Positions 19,655-32,922 of a stretch of DNA of 49,068 nucleotides are shown in pieces. Made by a program: the position numbers and the translations under genes. The stretch is from NCBI GenBank assembly GCA_032718475.1, contig JAUCBJ010001614.1:1-49068 (forward strand). Reading direction: 5' to 3'. Position 1 is the first letter of the stretch. Every line of letters starts with the position of its first letter. The notes below the pieces were generated by a model, which was not told the origin of the DNA, did not search any database, and worked only from the letters and a program-made list of their open reading frames with translations. The DNA comes from Nemertoderma westbladi (lineage: Eukaryota; Animalia; Xenacoelomorpha).

Positions 19655-21820
19655 TCCCCTTGCCAATATATACCTCTTCTACTCTTATACCTAAAAATTA
19701 ATATATAAAAAAGTTACCAAAGTTACCAATGCAAAGCAAACCAAAATATCTGGATAAAATATAGTCTCGTTTTATTGTTTTTTAGAAAACGTGGTGATTT
19801 ACATATTGTGTTTCGTAGATTTAGTAAGATGGCGCTATTGGTGGATATATTGGTGCAGAATCTGAGTTTTCATTGATTTCGATTCATCGATTTCGAGTCT
19901 TCGATTACATTAATTAAAGCTTACTTTCATATTATGTGGGTTTTGTAAATGGCGAGTGTGTTCACTAATGAGCTGCGCATTGTATGGCTTTGAATGGCTA
20001 ATCTCGCACTGAATACCTGAAATGAATGTACGTGTTGCAAAAATTGCGATTATATGAATAAATCCCTTATTATGCGGATGCAAATACAGAGCTTCACTCT
20101 TCTAATAATCTCAGAAAATGTTCCAATTACAGCAGTTGATTAGCTAAAGCCTTGATGTACATCACAAGGATACAATAAAAAAATAAGTTAAGAAAGTCAT
20201 CATCCTCATGCATAAAACCTTCCATTTATTTGTAACACATAAATGTCTACTGTAGTTACTGTATAACCTCGGTTAACGAAAATTATAATTATAACGTCCT
20301 TATATATATTTCGGCCTTACTGTTTTAAGAGGAATTGGAAATTTAAACGAGTGTTTACATAAAATTAAATTTCTAAAATATACATTTTTGGTACCACATT
20401 TTGTATCATCGGAAATTATGTTATCTGAAAAATAATGATAAATTGAGGAAGACTAGTCAGCGTGGCCATGGGATATAATATTGACATATTTTTCTGACAG
20501 TATGTCATAGATGACAGATATTAATCTTAGAATTTAATAATCAGGATCTGCAGAAGTCCGTCTTCTCCGGAAATAAATTTAATTAAAAAGTGAAGCTTTT
20601 ATGTGGATTAATCTTAGTTAATGCATCGTACTTAACAAGTACCAAGATTATAATCTGGCTTAACTTCAAGGTATTGAGACAGATGCCTCAGGAGGGCTTT
20701 AGGGAATGTTTACTGCCGCAGTAAAACTAAAAAATTATTGTCGACTCTGATAAATTCAAAAAAATGAACGATTGGAATTCTTATATTCAATCTATCAACC
20801 AGACACAATGGGCAGCATCCAATGAGAGACGAAGTCAGCTGATATAACTAAAAAATGAGGACGAAGTTGGCGTTCTGGAAAAAGTGCCATAATAATTGGT
20901 ATAAATCTAGGTAATAATTACTATATCTATAATATATTTATTATTATTATTGGTGTCAATTTAGTTCGTGGTTATGCCATCACAACAACCACAGAGTGAA
21001 TTATTGTCACGATATTTGCTGAAAAGATACAAATATCACGGTTGCAATAAACACAATGACGACTACATCGGGTTATTGGAATTTATTTGCATCATTTGAA
21101 CAAATTCAGGGGTGTAAGGCATCCATGCGGTCATGATGTTTCATTCTATATTTCAAGAATGGATCAGCACATCGACTGGATTGATGATGTCTGCCCCCAC
21201 TAAATCCACTACTGTGATTCCACAGTTTGTACAGTAATGTAATGTACAATAAAAAAAATAAGCATATCAGGAAAAAGGTTGCGAATTATCGCGACCAGAC
21301 ATTTTTTGCAGAAATTGGAATGGAATTCATTTCCAGGTTTTGGTATCAAATAATTTTTGTTGGCCTTGGCCTATGAGAAATGAACAACCTATCATAAGTG
21401 CAATGATAATTTTATGGTTCAATAGGTTTGGGGCTCAGAAAATTAGCATTGAACAGTTGGTTGAAACTGCAAGGGATTTTACATGGTCTATCTCATTCAC
21501 CCCAAGAAACAGCTCCAGAAATACTTGGCCACATACAGATCTGCCATCTCGAAAATTTGCTATCGCGATAGCTGAAATTCACAATCAATTACGAGCTAAA
21601 ATTAGGGCTAAAATAAATCGGCTAATTCGAATTATGGCAATTTGGAAACTAGTTGGTACATTTAATTACTGTACAGTACAATATTAATTAGGCCTACATT
21701 CCATGCAAATAAAGGTCTCCATTAGAAATTACACACGATTACAAATTTAATCATGTGAATTTAGTGATGAATTTGTTTCACTTTCATAATTGTGCAGTGA
21801 TAAACTGTCTGAGTTATAAC

Positions 21821-22061
21821 TACTAATAGGAGCGGCATGCTGCTTCATTACAGCTGCATTATATATATATATTACATATATTATAAGAATGCTGTGCCGG
21901 CTTGTCGACAAAATTGCGCCGCCGCAACTCCCTATCCCCATGACATTTGCTAGATCATCCGATCTTCAAGGCCAGTGTCCTTTAAGATGCGTCTCAAGAA
22001 AGTCATGGACTGTACACCATGCTTATTCACTCCATGAGGTCGCTAAAGCACAAGATTATGC

Positions 22062-22063
<2 letters not shown>
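21821..22063 (-). mobile_element. 3'-end fragment of an RTE-like LINE (same family as 36320-36931)
   Basis: Reverse complement aligns with 36731-36931, including the 3' UTR AATGCAGCTG...GCAGCATGCC. Confidence 0.85.
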
Positions 22064-22465
<402 letters not shown>

Positions 22466-23567
22466 AGACAACTCGTTAATGGTACCCATATGCTAAGCCT
22501 TTGCTCACTATGTGGCTCACCCCACAAGGGAACAGGGCAATATAATACCAGGTTGGAGATAGATTCCAACATATCTCAGGGAGGAAGCTAGCATAGGGCC
22601 AGAGGAAACAGGGAGTAGTGGAGGGAAAACCAACCAATGGAGGGACAGTGTGTATACAATTAACGCACATCTCTTGGTAGGTTAATAAGTAGGTAGGAAT
22701 ATGTAAGCTAGTTTTGTCAGTATTTATATATATAACCGTTACTCAATGTTGATTATGTTCAGTTGGCAAATAATTTCCGTGGAAGTCGGATGTTTTGACC
22801 GTCGTCATAGTCATCACCGTTGCTATACTGATTGTGCTGTATTTACCGGTACTTATATATATATATATCAGCTATTATTAATAACGATAAAACTATAAAA
22901 CTCTTTGTTACACCAGCCTAGGGCCTTTCACCCTCTTACAGTCACTGGAACGCGGCGACGCGTACATCATACAACACAACACATACCGGTCGGGATTCTG
23001 TGCCAACTCGAATCCCGTCACATACGCCGAAAGCAATGTTTAGCTGAGATATAAACCGGGCAACAGTTTCAACGTAACATTTCTAGATGTCAACTGTCAT
23101 ATAATCGACGCCATCTCTTACAATTAAACTGCAGTCATTTTTTCACACTAAATATTAATCACATTTCTCCTATTTGACACCCACACACTAAAGAAATAGC
23201 GGCACGGAAAATAAGAAAACACCCAATCAGCCTAGGTTTCAATGATTTACCCAAGTTCCCAGTAATTCAGTTATTTGCATTCCATTGAATTAAATCTTCT
23301 CCACGAGATGAAAGTAAAAGGCCTGATCAATAATGCGAAGAGAATACCTCGAATGCGCTGGAAGCTGAGGTTACAGATAACTTAATTGGATCAGGTCTTT
23401 AGAATTGTCGTCCTTTCACAATCGTACTAGCACTTAGTTGTGACGGTATGTCGGTTTGGTTGACTGAATGATTCCCATCTTCATAATACATTCAATTTGA
23501 GCAACCCACATTAATTTTTGTGCTTTAATATATAAATACTATATTATTTGTGCTTTTATTAGGAAGT

Positions 23568-23829
23568 GGCTACTGACCGGACCCATTGACCAGACCCATA
23601 GACCGGACCTATTGACCGGACCCTCTAAATACCGTATTGAAGCGTTATATTTGATTTAGATTTTACTTATGTATTATTGACCGGACCCTTATTATTACCT
23701 CAACTTTATGACAACACCCATAATCTTGTGTTAAGTTTCGTTTATTGCTTTGGTTCCCCAAATACGCCTCTGTAACCTGCTCCTTTATTAACCTGCTCCT
23801 TTAAATGGCGCTGGGTCCGGTCAGTAGCC
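23568..23829. mobile_element. MITE-like element with 18-bp inverted repeats and internal TGACCGGACC repeats
   Basis: GGCTACTGACCGGACCCA ... TGGGTCCGGTCAGTAGCC; CTTTTATTA on both flanks (23553-23561, 23836-23844) as a possible 9-bp TSD. Confidence 0.55.
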
Positions 23830-24449
23830 TTTGCACTTTTATTATATTGATTTATGATAACATCTAGAGTTATATTGTTTAATTTCAAAAAAAAAATCCA
23901 CAATAACCATTAAATATAATAATAATATATAGGCCTATAGAATATGTATGTAAAACTGTTAAAGCGAATGTTAATGAAAACTAATCAAAACTAAAACTAA
24001 GTTTTAACAAAAATTTGTATAAAATTTACATCTTTAAAAAATGTTTAAACCGCAGCATGTTGTCACCTGCATATATTTCATTTACCCAGCATGAATTTGC
24101 ACCAGTCAATGAGTGCCCTCCAGGATTCTTAGTACATTATAAGCTGATTTTCTCTATGTAATATATAAAAATATTGAAGATGGAATTCCGATAGTAGTAG
24201 TAGTAGTTAGACTCTTTCAATCTATTTTTAGCATCATATAAGTTAAATTTGATGCTGATTATTTATTTCACTGTTTTCCTGAGGGTTTATAATGTTTTCC
24301 CTATGTTTTATGGTGATTACTTAAGGGGTACTGTGCGAGCAGTACATTTAGGATTACCAATTCAGAGTAGTATATGTATTAGATTTCCTGCTGATTAATA
24401 TTTTCACTGTTTTCCGGGTGTTTTACAGTGTTTTTCCAATATTTTCCAA

Positions 24450-25200
24450 GTGTTTTACTGTTTTACTAGTGTATTATTACTGTTTTAATGTTTTACTAGT
24501 GTTTTACTGTTTTACTAGTGTTTTACTGTTTTACTAGTGTTTTACTGTTTTAATGTTTTACTGTTTTACTAGTGTTTTACTGTTTTACTAGTGTTTTACT
24601 GTTTTACTAGTGTTTTACTGTTTTACTAGTGTTTTACTGTTTTACTAGTGTTTTACTGTTTTACTAGGGTTTTACTGTTTTACTAGTGTTTTACTGCTTT
24701 ACTAGTGTTTTACTGTTTTACTAGTGTTTTACTGTTTTACTAGTGTTTTACTGTTTTAATGTTTTACTAGTGTTTTACTGTTTTACTAGTGTTTTACTGT
24801 TTTACTAGTGTTTTACTGTTTTACTGTTTTAATGTTTTACTAGTGTTTCACTGTTTTACTAGTGTTTTACTGTTTTACTAGTGTTTTACTGTTTTACTAG
24901 TGTTTTAATGTTTTACTAGTGGTTTACTGTTTTACTAGTGTTTTTTACTGTTTTACTAGTGTTTTACTGTTTTACTAGTGTTTTACTGTTTTACTAGTGT
25001 TTTACTGTTTTACTAGTGTTTTAATGTTTTACTAGTGGTTTACTGTTTTACTAGTGTTTTACTGTTTTACTAGTGTTTTACTGTTTTACTAGTGTTTTAA
25101 TGTTTTACTAGTGGTTTACTGTTTTACTAGTGTTTTTTACTGTTTTACTAGTGTTTTACTGTTTTACTAGTGTTTTTTACTGTTTTACTAGTGTTTTTTA
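24450..25200. repeat. 19-bp minisatellite (GTTTTACTAGTGTTTTACT)
   Basis: Directly visible; built from GTTTTACT subunits. Confidence 0.92.
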
Positions 25201-26282
25201 ATGTTTAATTTAGAATCATCCCTTTCGAAATGGTTGTATTTTACAAATTTCTTACCTTAAGTTATTAATCAAGGAACCTTTCTGGAGGAATATTCTAATA
25301 AAATCGGATTAGTCTGGATAACGTTGCGAATGAAGAGACAATGTGTCAATCATTAGATTTACATTAGCTTCCATAGGACTTACTGTATGCCTTTAAGTAA
25401 TTATTACGATTCCGGGACCTGAGAGTTTACGCTAATCCGTGGGAAGCTGGTCCGGATGAAATGAAGCTCAAGAAAATCCTGTCATAATAAATAAATAAAA
25501 CAACAGGAAAAATTAAGTCGTTAATTAATTGAAGTCGAAAAACTTCGAAAACATATAAAAAATATAATATAATAATGTGAAATATTATATGCGAAAAAAT
25601 ATATTAGACAATCATAAAAGCGCATCTATCTGTCAGTCATGCATCCTTCCCTTCCTCCATTCTCATATTTTCTTGTCTGCGACCGCGGTCACAGATGTTA
25701 TCTCAAAAAAGATAAGTACGAGCTAAAAGTGTTTGATCGATTTCTGAGGCATCTCAATTAAACAGGACCACGCAAACACAAAGCATGTATGCATAATTTA
25801 ACATCAGATGTTGTGTTATTGCACCCGTACACATATATTTTTGTCATACGTCAGAAATCTAATATATTTATCAATGTCGCTCAATCAGAGTCAATTTGCC
25901 AAGGAATAATTTCATTCCTGGATTATCCCCGGCATCCATTATTCACTAATATAGTCAGTCACACCTCGGCTCACGTCGATTTTAAATTAACGTATCGCGG
26001 CCATGTTAATTTAATAATATTAAATTATTAAAGAACTAAATTTTACCCATTTATAACTATTAATGAAAATCAGTTAAGAAGATGACCCTGGGAGATGTCC
26101 GCGTACCACGGCAAAGAAATGAGGCAAAAAATTGCAAAACATGATCTTATAGTGACATCCAAAGGAATGGAAAAATCAACGCCGGTGGTTATATAAAGCG
26201 ATTATAATTCTAAATATCGATACTACATAAACCATAACGAATAAATAGATATGCCATAATTCACAATATTACAACTTTTATT

Positions 26283-26353
26283 GGGCCAGGTGGGATCGAA
26301 CCGGTGACCTCCGGGTTGGAATTCTGACGCTATAACCATTCAGCTAGCGGCTC
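26283..26353 (-). pseudogene. tRNA-derived sequence (SINE head or tRNA pseudogene)
   Basis: Minus strand GAGCCGCTAGCTGAATGG (A box)...GGTTCGATCCC (B box); acceptor and anticodon stems pair poorly. Confidence 0.6.
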
Positions 26354-27442
26354 ATGTAATCCTGGAAATCTACCTGATACCGTGTATAATTCACAATAGA
26401 ACACTTTAGGTGTGATAGCGCTTATACCAGCTAGCTTAAGCTATGTTGATGATACTACCAACCACGTCAAAGACCGGTACCTCATTCCTATAACATTATG
26501 TGGAGCGACGCTGTAAGCGAGATTTTTAGCACACGGGTGTTCCGGTGCTTCAACCGTACCGGTACCGGTGTCTCACCGCGGTCTGTCTGTCTGTCTGTCT
26601 TTCGGCAAATATTTGGTGGCCAATTTTTTTATGAATTTGAACCAAACTTGTTACCAAATAGTTTATGTTTCCCTGACAGAGGGCGACTAGCGAAGCTTGG
26701 TCTACTACTGTGCGAAGGTCCCACCAATATGGATATGTACTGTAGTGTGTGTATACGGCCACGGTGAATATATTGAGATATACATATCTAATTCTAATTA
26801 TAACTCGGACATAGACAATCGCGACGGGAGCACCAGTAAGGAAAACCTACGGAAAGCAGCTGATACCGCCACCAGATTAATATATTTTACCAACCCGACT
26901 ACTCAGAGGGGTGCTCCAAATTAATTGTGTCTGAATCTGAAAAAAAAACGTAAATTTCGATAAAGTTGGTATTCTAGTCTACATAACTGCGATGTATTCA
27001 CAGAAAATATATTCTAATTATAAATAACCCCTCTGGGTAAATCTTGTTTTCGGTAGAATGAGTTGATTTTGTGTGGCCTATTTTTATCAGACAATTGTAA
27101 TCAGTTATGGGGGTTTGATAATGAAACTTGTTACTCGTTTAATGATCTTATTGAGTAGCAATAAGTACCCCCATGGGAACGAATGCCATCACCGGAGCGG
27201 TATCTGATGCACTTTGACCTTCAGCTAGATTCTTACTGAATATCATCGTATGTTCCAGGATCTGATAAGTAGGCTACCGGTAGTGGAACCACGGTCTCAG
27301 GTGGCCAGAGAACGATGTAAATGTAGAGTACTGTAAACAGTACTACCGACCGCTTCAGGTAAAGTACCCTGAAATTGTTGTGTCTGGTCATGTTCAGCTA
27401 AGTCCTGTGAAAGTGTACTGAATACGGCTGCGTGGTGCGGCT

Positions 27443-28217
27443 GTGTACAGGCTGCTCAGTGTACAGGCTGCTCAGTGTACAGGCTGCTCAGTGTACAGGC
27501 TGCTCAGTGTACAGGCTGCCCAGTGTACAGGCTGCCCAGTGTACAGGCTGCTCAGTGTACAGGCTGCTCAGTGTACAGGCTGCTCAGTGTACAGGCTGCT
27601 CAGTGTACAGGCTGCCCAGTGTACAGGCTGCCCAGTGTACAGGCTGCTCAGTGTACAGGCTGCCCAGTGTAAGGCTGGTCAGTGTACTGTACAGGCTGCT
27701 CAGTGTTCAGGCTGCCCAGTGTACATGCTACTCATTGTTCAGACTGCCCAGTGTAAGGCTGCTCAGTGTTCAGGCGGCCCAGTGTAAGGCTGCCCAGTGT
27801 AAAGAGTGCCCAGTGTTCAGGCTGCCCAGTATACAGTGTAAGGCTGCTCAGTGTTCAGGCTGCCCAGTGTAAGGCTGTCCAGTGTACAGACTGCCCAGTG
27901 TAAGGCTGATCAGTGTACAGTCTGATCAGTGTTCAGACTACCCAGTGTACAGGCTGCTCAGTATACAGGCTGCTCGGTGTAAGGTTGCTTAGTGTACAGG
28001 CTGCCCAGTGTAAGGCTGCTCAGGCTCAGTGTTCAGGCTGCCCAGTGTAAGGTTGCTTAGTGTACAGGCTTCTCAGTGTACAGACTGCCCAGTGTAAGGA
28101 TGCTCAATGTACAGGCTGCCCAGTGTACATGCTGCTCAGTGTAAAGGCTGTTCAGATTACAGGGTGCTCAGTGTTCAGGCTGCTCAGTGTACAGGCTGCT
28201 CAGTGTAAGGCTGCTCA
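27443..28217. repeat. 16-bp minisatellite (GTGTACAGGCTGCYCA), degenerating rightwards
   Basis: Directly visible; explains the overlapping repetitive ORFs. Confidence 0.92.
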
Positions 28218-30561
28218 GAAAGATAAATGTGCAAATGGAAAGTGGGATGACCTACAACCTATTTCCCACCTGATTTTGATATAATGGTACCTGTATGACG
28301 ATAAGCTTGTTTACTTCGTCCGCGGAGCTTGCTTACTTGCATACAGTCCCCCACGAACGTGTTCTGATGGTGTGTACCGCTGATTACACGAAATACAGTA
28401 AACATTAACAAGTTATAAGGGGAATTAGGCCTCGTCGGTTATTCTTATCAATATCAATATCGTATATCAATATGTAATGCTGAACACAGAATACAGGTCG
28501 ACGCATGTCGATTTTACCCTGGAGAGGTATAATTTTGATTGCAACAATAATATTCATCCCCATCTGCTACAATTTGAAGAAGACTATTACATAATAATAC
28601 CTATAATTAAAACAATTAATTATTATAATTCTATAGTTAATAAAAACAGTATATCATTCGGGGGATGGAATTTATAGGTCATCTAATTAATTGTTTAAAG
28701 ATTAGCAAACAATACGATGTACTTGCATTGATAAAACCCATAAATAAAACTTGGATATAAAATGTAAAATCGGGATGCAAAAGATCACTTTCTGAGCTAC
28801 GAAAGGAAAATTGGATACAACTTATCTGGATACAAGCGGTCCGTTTACCTTATAAATGAAAAATACGAATGTGCGAAGTTAAGAACTGTCGGGGGGGGGG
28901 GGGAGGGGGGGGGGGAGTGTCCGGGGGGAAGTGTCCGAACACCAAATAAACACTTAAGTAATAAAACTAACCAAGACTGCATATACTTACAATCATAATA
29001 CTTGATAACAAGACAGACAACAGAAATTACATGAGATATAACGATAAAATTTAATATTTCCGGTAAATAAAATACTTATTATACCTTCTCGTCTATCTAT
29101 CTCATTTACCTCGCTAGCTGCGCACGCCCGGTAAATATGTGATGTCGAAAAGAGCGGTAAATTAGGCACTTTTTATTTTCCTTACAAAATTAGTTATAAA
29201 ATGTACTTTCACTCACATCTTGTTATAATATAATAGATTTACTTTGTTTCTCAAACAATTATTGATAACTATTCAATAAAATAATAATTAGTGTCATTTT
29301 ATGAAGCGCAGTAGCTGCAGTGCTATCGCTGTATCTCCTGTTTGTATAGAGAAATTAAATGTATCATATCGTGGAGGAAGTAAACAGCTGCATGATGCAG
29401 CATACAAGCAATCCGTGTATTTAATATGATATAACGACCTCCAGTTAGGGTTCATTATTTACAGTATTTGACTGGCGTAGTCACATGCTCCGAGAAAAGA
29501 ATACTGGAAAGCACCGGCACAATGAACAATTTAGTAGGTAAACAATAATCATTATGTTGATAGCTTGCATAGCAGGCGAAAATACAAAGTTATTCACTTC
29601 TAATTGGCCAACAGGATTACAGAGAATGTGAGAAGTAAGTGATAAACCCAAATACCAGCTGATTACTCTCAAAAATATAACTGTAATCTATTCTATGGAC
29701 TTCCCCCCCCCCCCCTCCCCCTCCCCCTGTCTCCCTAGTTTAGGCCTCACAATAACGGAGTACCATTATAATTCAACGGAACTGTATTGGCTAATATTTA
29801 TTTAGGACAATCTTACCTGATAATAAAGTTGTTTTATTCCAATTTGAAAAGTAAGAAGTTCTGTGAAGTCAAAAGCAACAGCTAGTATAAATTTAACTAT
29901 TTTTATGAAAACTGAGAAATAATGGTAGCGGCTCATTTACTTTATGGAACTGATGTGAAGTAGTTTGGTTCGTTTCATTTTGATTGGCTGCTTTCTCTCT
30001 ATACACTCAGAGAAACAACTGTGGTGCATCAGTCAGGCAAAGGAAAGCCGACTGCTGAGGAAAACCATTGGGAAACAGCCGAGCAGCAGATGGGAAGGAA
30101 GGAGGAATTTGCCCAATTAAAAATAACATCCATTTCGGGAAAACATTAGAAAATGGCGCAATAACATCATGAAATTTTATATATTGATAGAAAGTACAAA
30201 CACGTTTGGAAATACCAATAATATAAAATTATCAATTTTCAAAAAAAAATTATCTATCAATTCGTATTCTCAAATTTGAGAAATTCCCCCCTAAATATTT
30301 AACTCTTTTTTTTAACAAAGCAGCTTGATAAGAAATCGAACCGAAATTTTACATTTTTTTAAATAAAAATAATAAATAATAATAATTTTAGTGCTCTCGT
30401 TGTGTTACTTGCACTCACTCACTCGTACATTAAAGATTATTATATTAGCCTTCAATTGTTGAACAGTAGGTCTCACTTCTAATACACTCAGCAACAACTA
30501 GGCCCTACTACCGTAAAGACTACCATTTAGATAGTTCAAAAGCCAAATTTTACAAACAAAG

Positions 30562-32922
30562 GGAGAGGAGCCTTTGGGTTGCCTGTGGTAGAGAGAGACG
30601 CCTTCGGGTAGCCTGTGGTAGAGAGAGGAGCCTTTGGGTAGCCTGTGGTACAGAGAGGAGCCTTTGGGTTGTCTGTGGTAGAGAGAGGAGCCTTTGGGTT
30701 GCCTGTGGTAGAGAGAGGAGCCTTTGGGTAGCCTGTGGTACAGAGAGTAGCCTTTGGGTTGTCTGTGGTAGAGAGAGGAGCCTTTGGGTTGCCTGTGGTA
30801 GAGAGAGGAGCCTTTGGGTTGTCTGTGGTAGAGAGGGGAGCCTTTGGGTTGCCTGTGGTAAAGAGAGGAGCCTTTGGGTTGCCTGTGGTAGAGAGAGGAG
30901 CCTTTGGGTTGTCTGTGGTAGAGAGGGGAGCCTTTGGGTTGTCTGTGGTAGAGAGAGGAGCTTTTGGGTAGCCTGTGGTACAGAGAGGAGCCTTTGGGTT
31001 GTCTGTGGTAGAGAGAGGAGCCTTTGGGTTGTCTGCAGTAGAGAGAGGAGCCTTTGGGTTGCCTGCAGTAGAGAGAGATGCCTTCGGGTTGACTGTGTTA
31101 GAGAGAGGAGCATTCGGGTTGCCTGCGGTAGAGAGAGGAGCCTTTGGGTTGCCTGCAGTGGAGAGAGGAGCCTTTGGGTTGCCTGTGGTAGAGAGAGGAG
31201 CCTTTGGGTTGCCTGTGGTAGAGAGAGACGCCCTCGGGTTGCCTGCAGTAGAGAGAGCAGCCTTTGGGTTGTCTGTGGTAGAGAGAGACGCCCTCGGGTT
31301 GCCTGCAGTAGAGAGAGGAGCCTTTGGGTTGTCTGTGGTAGAGAGAGGAGCCTTTGGGTTGTCTGTGGTAGAGAGAGGAGCCTTTGGGTTGCCTGTGGTA
31401 GAGAGAGGAGGCTTTGGGTTGCCTGTGGTAGAGAGAGGAACCTTTAGGTTGCCTGCAGTAGAGAGAGACGCCTTCGGGTTGCCTGCGGTAGAGAGAGGAG
31501 CCTTTGGGTTGTCTGTGGTAGAGAGAGGAGCCTTTGGGTTGTCTGTGGTAGAGAGAGGAGCCTTTGGGTTGCCTGCAGTAGAGAGAGACGCCTTCGGGTT
31601 GCCTGCGGTAGAGAGAGGAGCCTTTGGGTTGCCTGTGGTAGAGAGAGGAGCCTTTGGGTTGCCTGTGGTAGAGAGAGGAGACTTTGGGTTGCCTGTGGTA
31701 GAGAGAGGAACCTTTGGGTTGCCTGCAGTAGAGAGAGACGCCTTCGGGTTGCCTGCGGTAGAGAGAGGAGCCTTTGGGTTGCCTGTGGTAGAGAGAGGAG
31801 CCTTTGGGTTGCCTGTGGTAGAGAGAGACGCCCTCGGGTTGCCTGCAGTAGAGAGAGGAGCCTTTGGGTTGTCTGTGGTAGAGAGAGGAGCCTTTGGGTT
31901 GCCTGTGGTAGAGAGAGGAGCCTTTGGTTTGCCTGCAGTGGAGAGAGGAGCCTTTGGGTTGCCTGCAGTGGAGAGAGGAGCCTTTGGGTTGCCTGTGGTA
32001 GAGAGAGGAGCCTTTGGGTTGCCTGTGGTAGAGAGAGGAGACTTTGGGTTGCCTGTGGTAGAGAGAGGAGCCTTTGGATTGCCTGCAGTGGAGAGAGGAG
32101 CCTTTGGGTTGCCTGTGGTAGAGAGAGGAGCCTTTGGGTTGCCTGTGGTAGAGAGAGGAGACTTTGGGTTGCCTGTGGTAGAGAGAGGAGCCTTTGGATT
32201 GCCTGCAGTGGAGAGAGGAGCCTTTGGGTTGCCTGTGGTAGAGAGAGGAGCCTTTGGGTAGCCTGTGGTACAGAGAGGAGCCTTTGGGTTGTCTGTGGTA
32301 GAGAGAGAAGCCTTTGGGTTGCCTGTGGTAGAGAGTGGAGCCTTTGGGTTGCCTGCAGTGGAGAGAGGAGCCTTTGGGTTGCCTGTGGTAGAGAGAGGAG
32401 ACTTTGGGTTGCCTGTGGTACAGAGAGGAGCCTTTGGGTTGCCTGTGGTACAGAAAGGAGCCTTTGGGTTGTCTGTGATAAAATTAGACGCATCCGGGTT
32501 GCTGCAGTTGAGAGAGATGCCTTCGGGTTGACTGCGGTGGAGAGAGGAGCCCTTGGGTTGCCTGTGATAGAGAGATGAGCCTTCGGGTTGCCTGCGGTAC
32601 AGAGAGGAGCATTCGGGTTGCCTGTGGTAGAGAGAGGAACCTTTGGGTTGCCTGTGGTAGAGATAGGAGCCTTTGGGTTGCCTGTGGTAGAGAGAGGAGC
32701 CTTTGGGTGTCTGTGGTAGAGAGAGGAGTCTTTGGGTTGCCTGTGGTAGTGAGAGGAGGCTTTGGGTTGGCTGTGGTACAGAGAGGAGCATTCGGGTTGC
32801 CTGTGGTAGAGAGAGGAGCATTCGGGTTGCCTGTGGTATACAGAGAGGAGTCTTTGGGTTGCCTGTGGTAGAGAGAGGAGCCTTTGGGTTGCCTGTGGTA
32901 GAGAGAGGAGCCTTTGGGTTGC
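30562..32922. repeat. 30-bp minisatellite (GAGAGAGGAGCCTTTGGGTTGCCTGTGGTA), about 78 copies
   Basis: Directly visible, in register with the 60-nt lines. Confidence 0.96.

Noticed and set aside
26283-26353. Functional tRNA gene
   Set aside because: Acceptor and anticodon stems are mismatched; kept only as a tRNA-derived repeat.
27432-28284. Cys-rich repeat proteins
   Set aside because: Produced by a 16-bp unit that is not a multiple of 3, so the same peptide appears in all frames.
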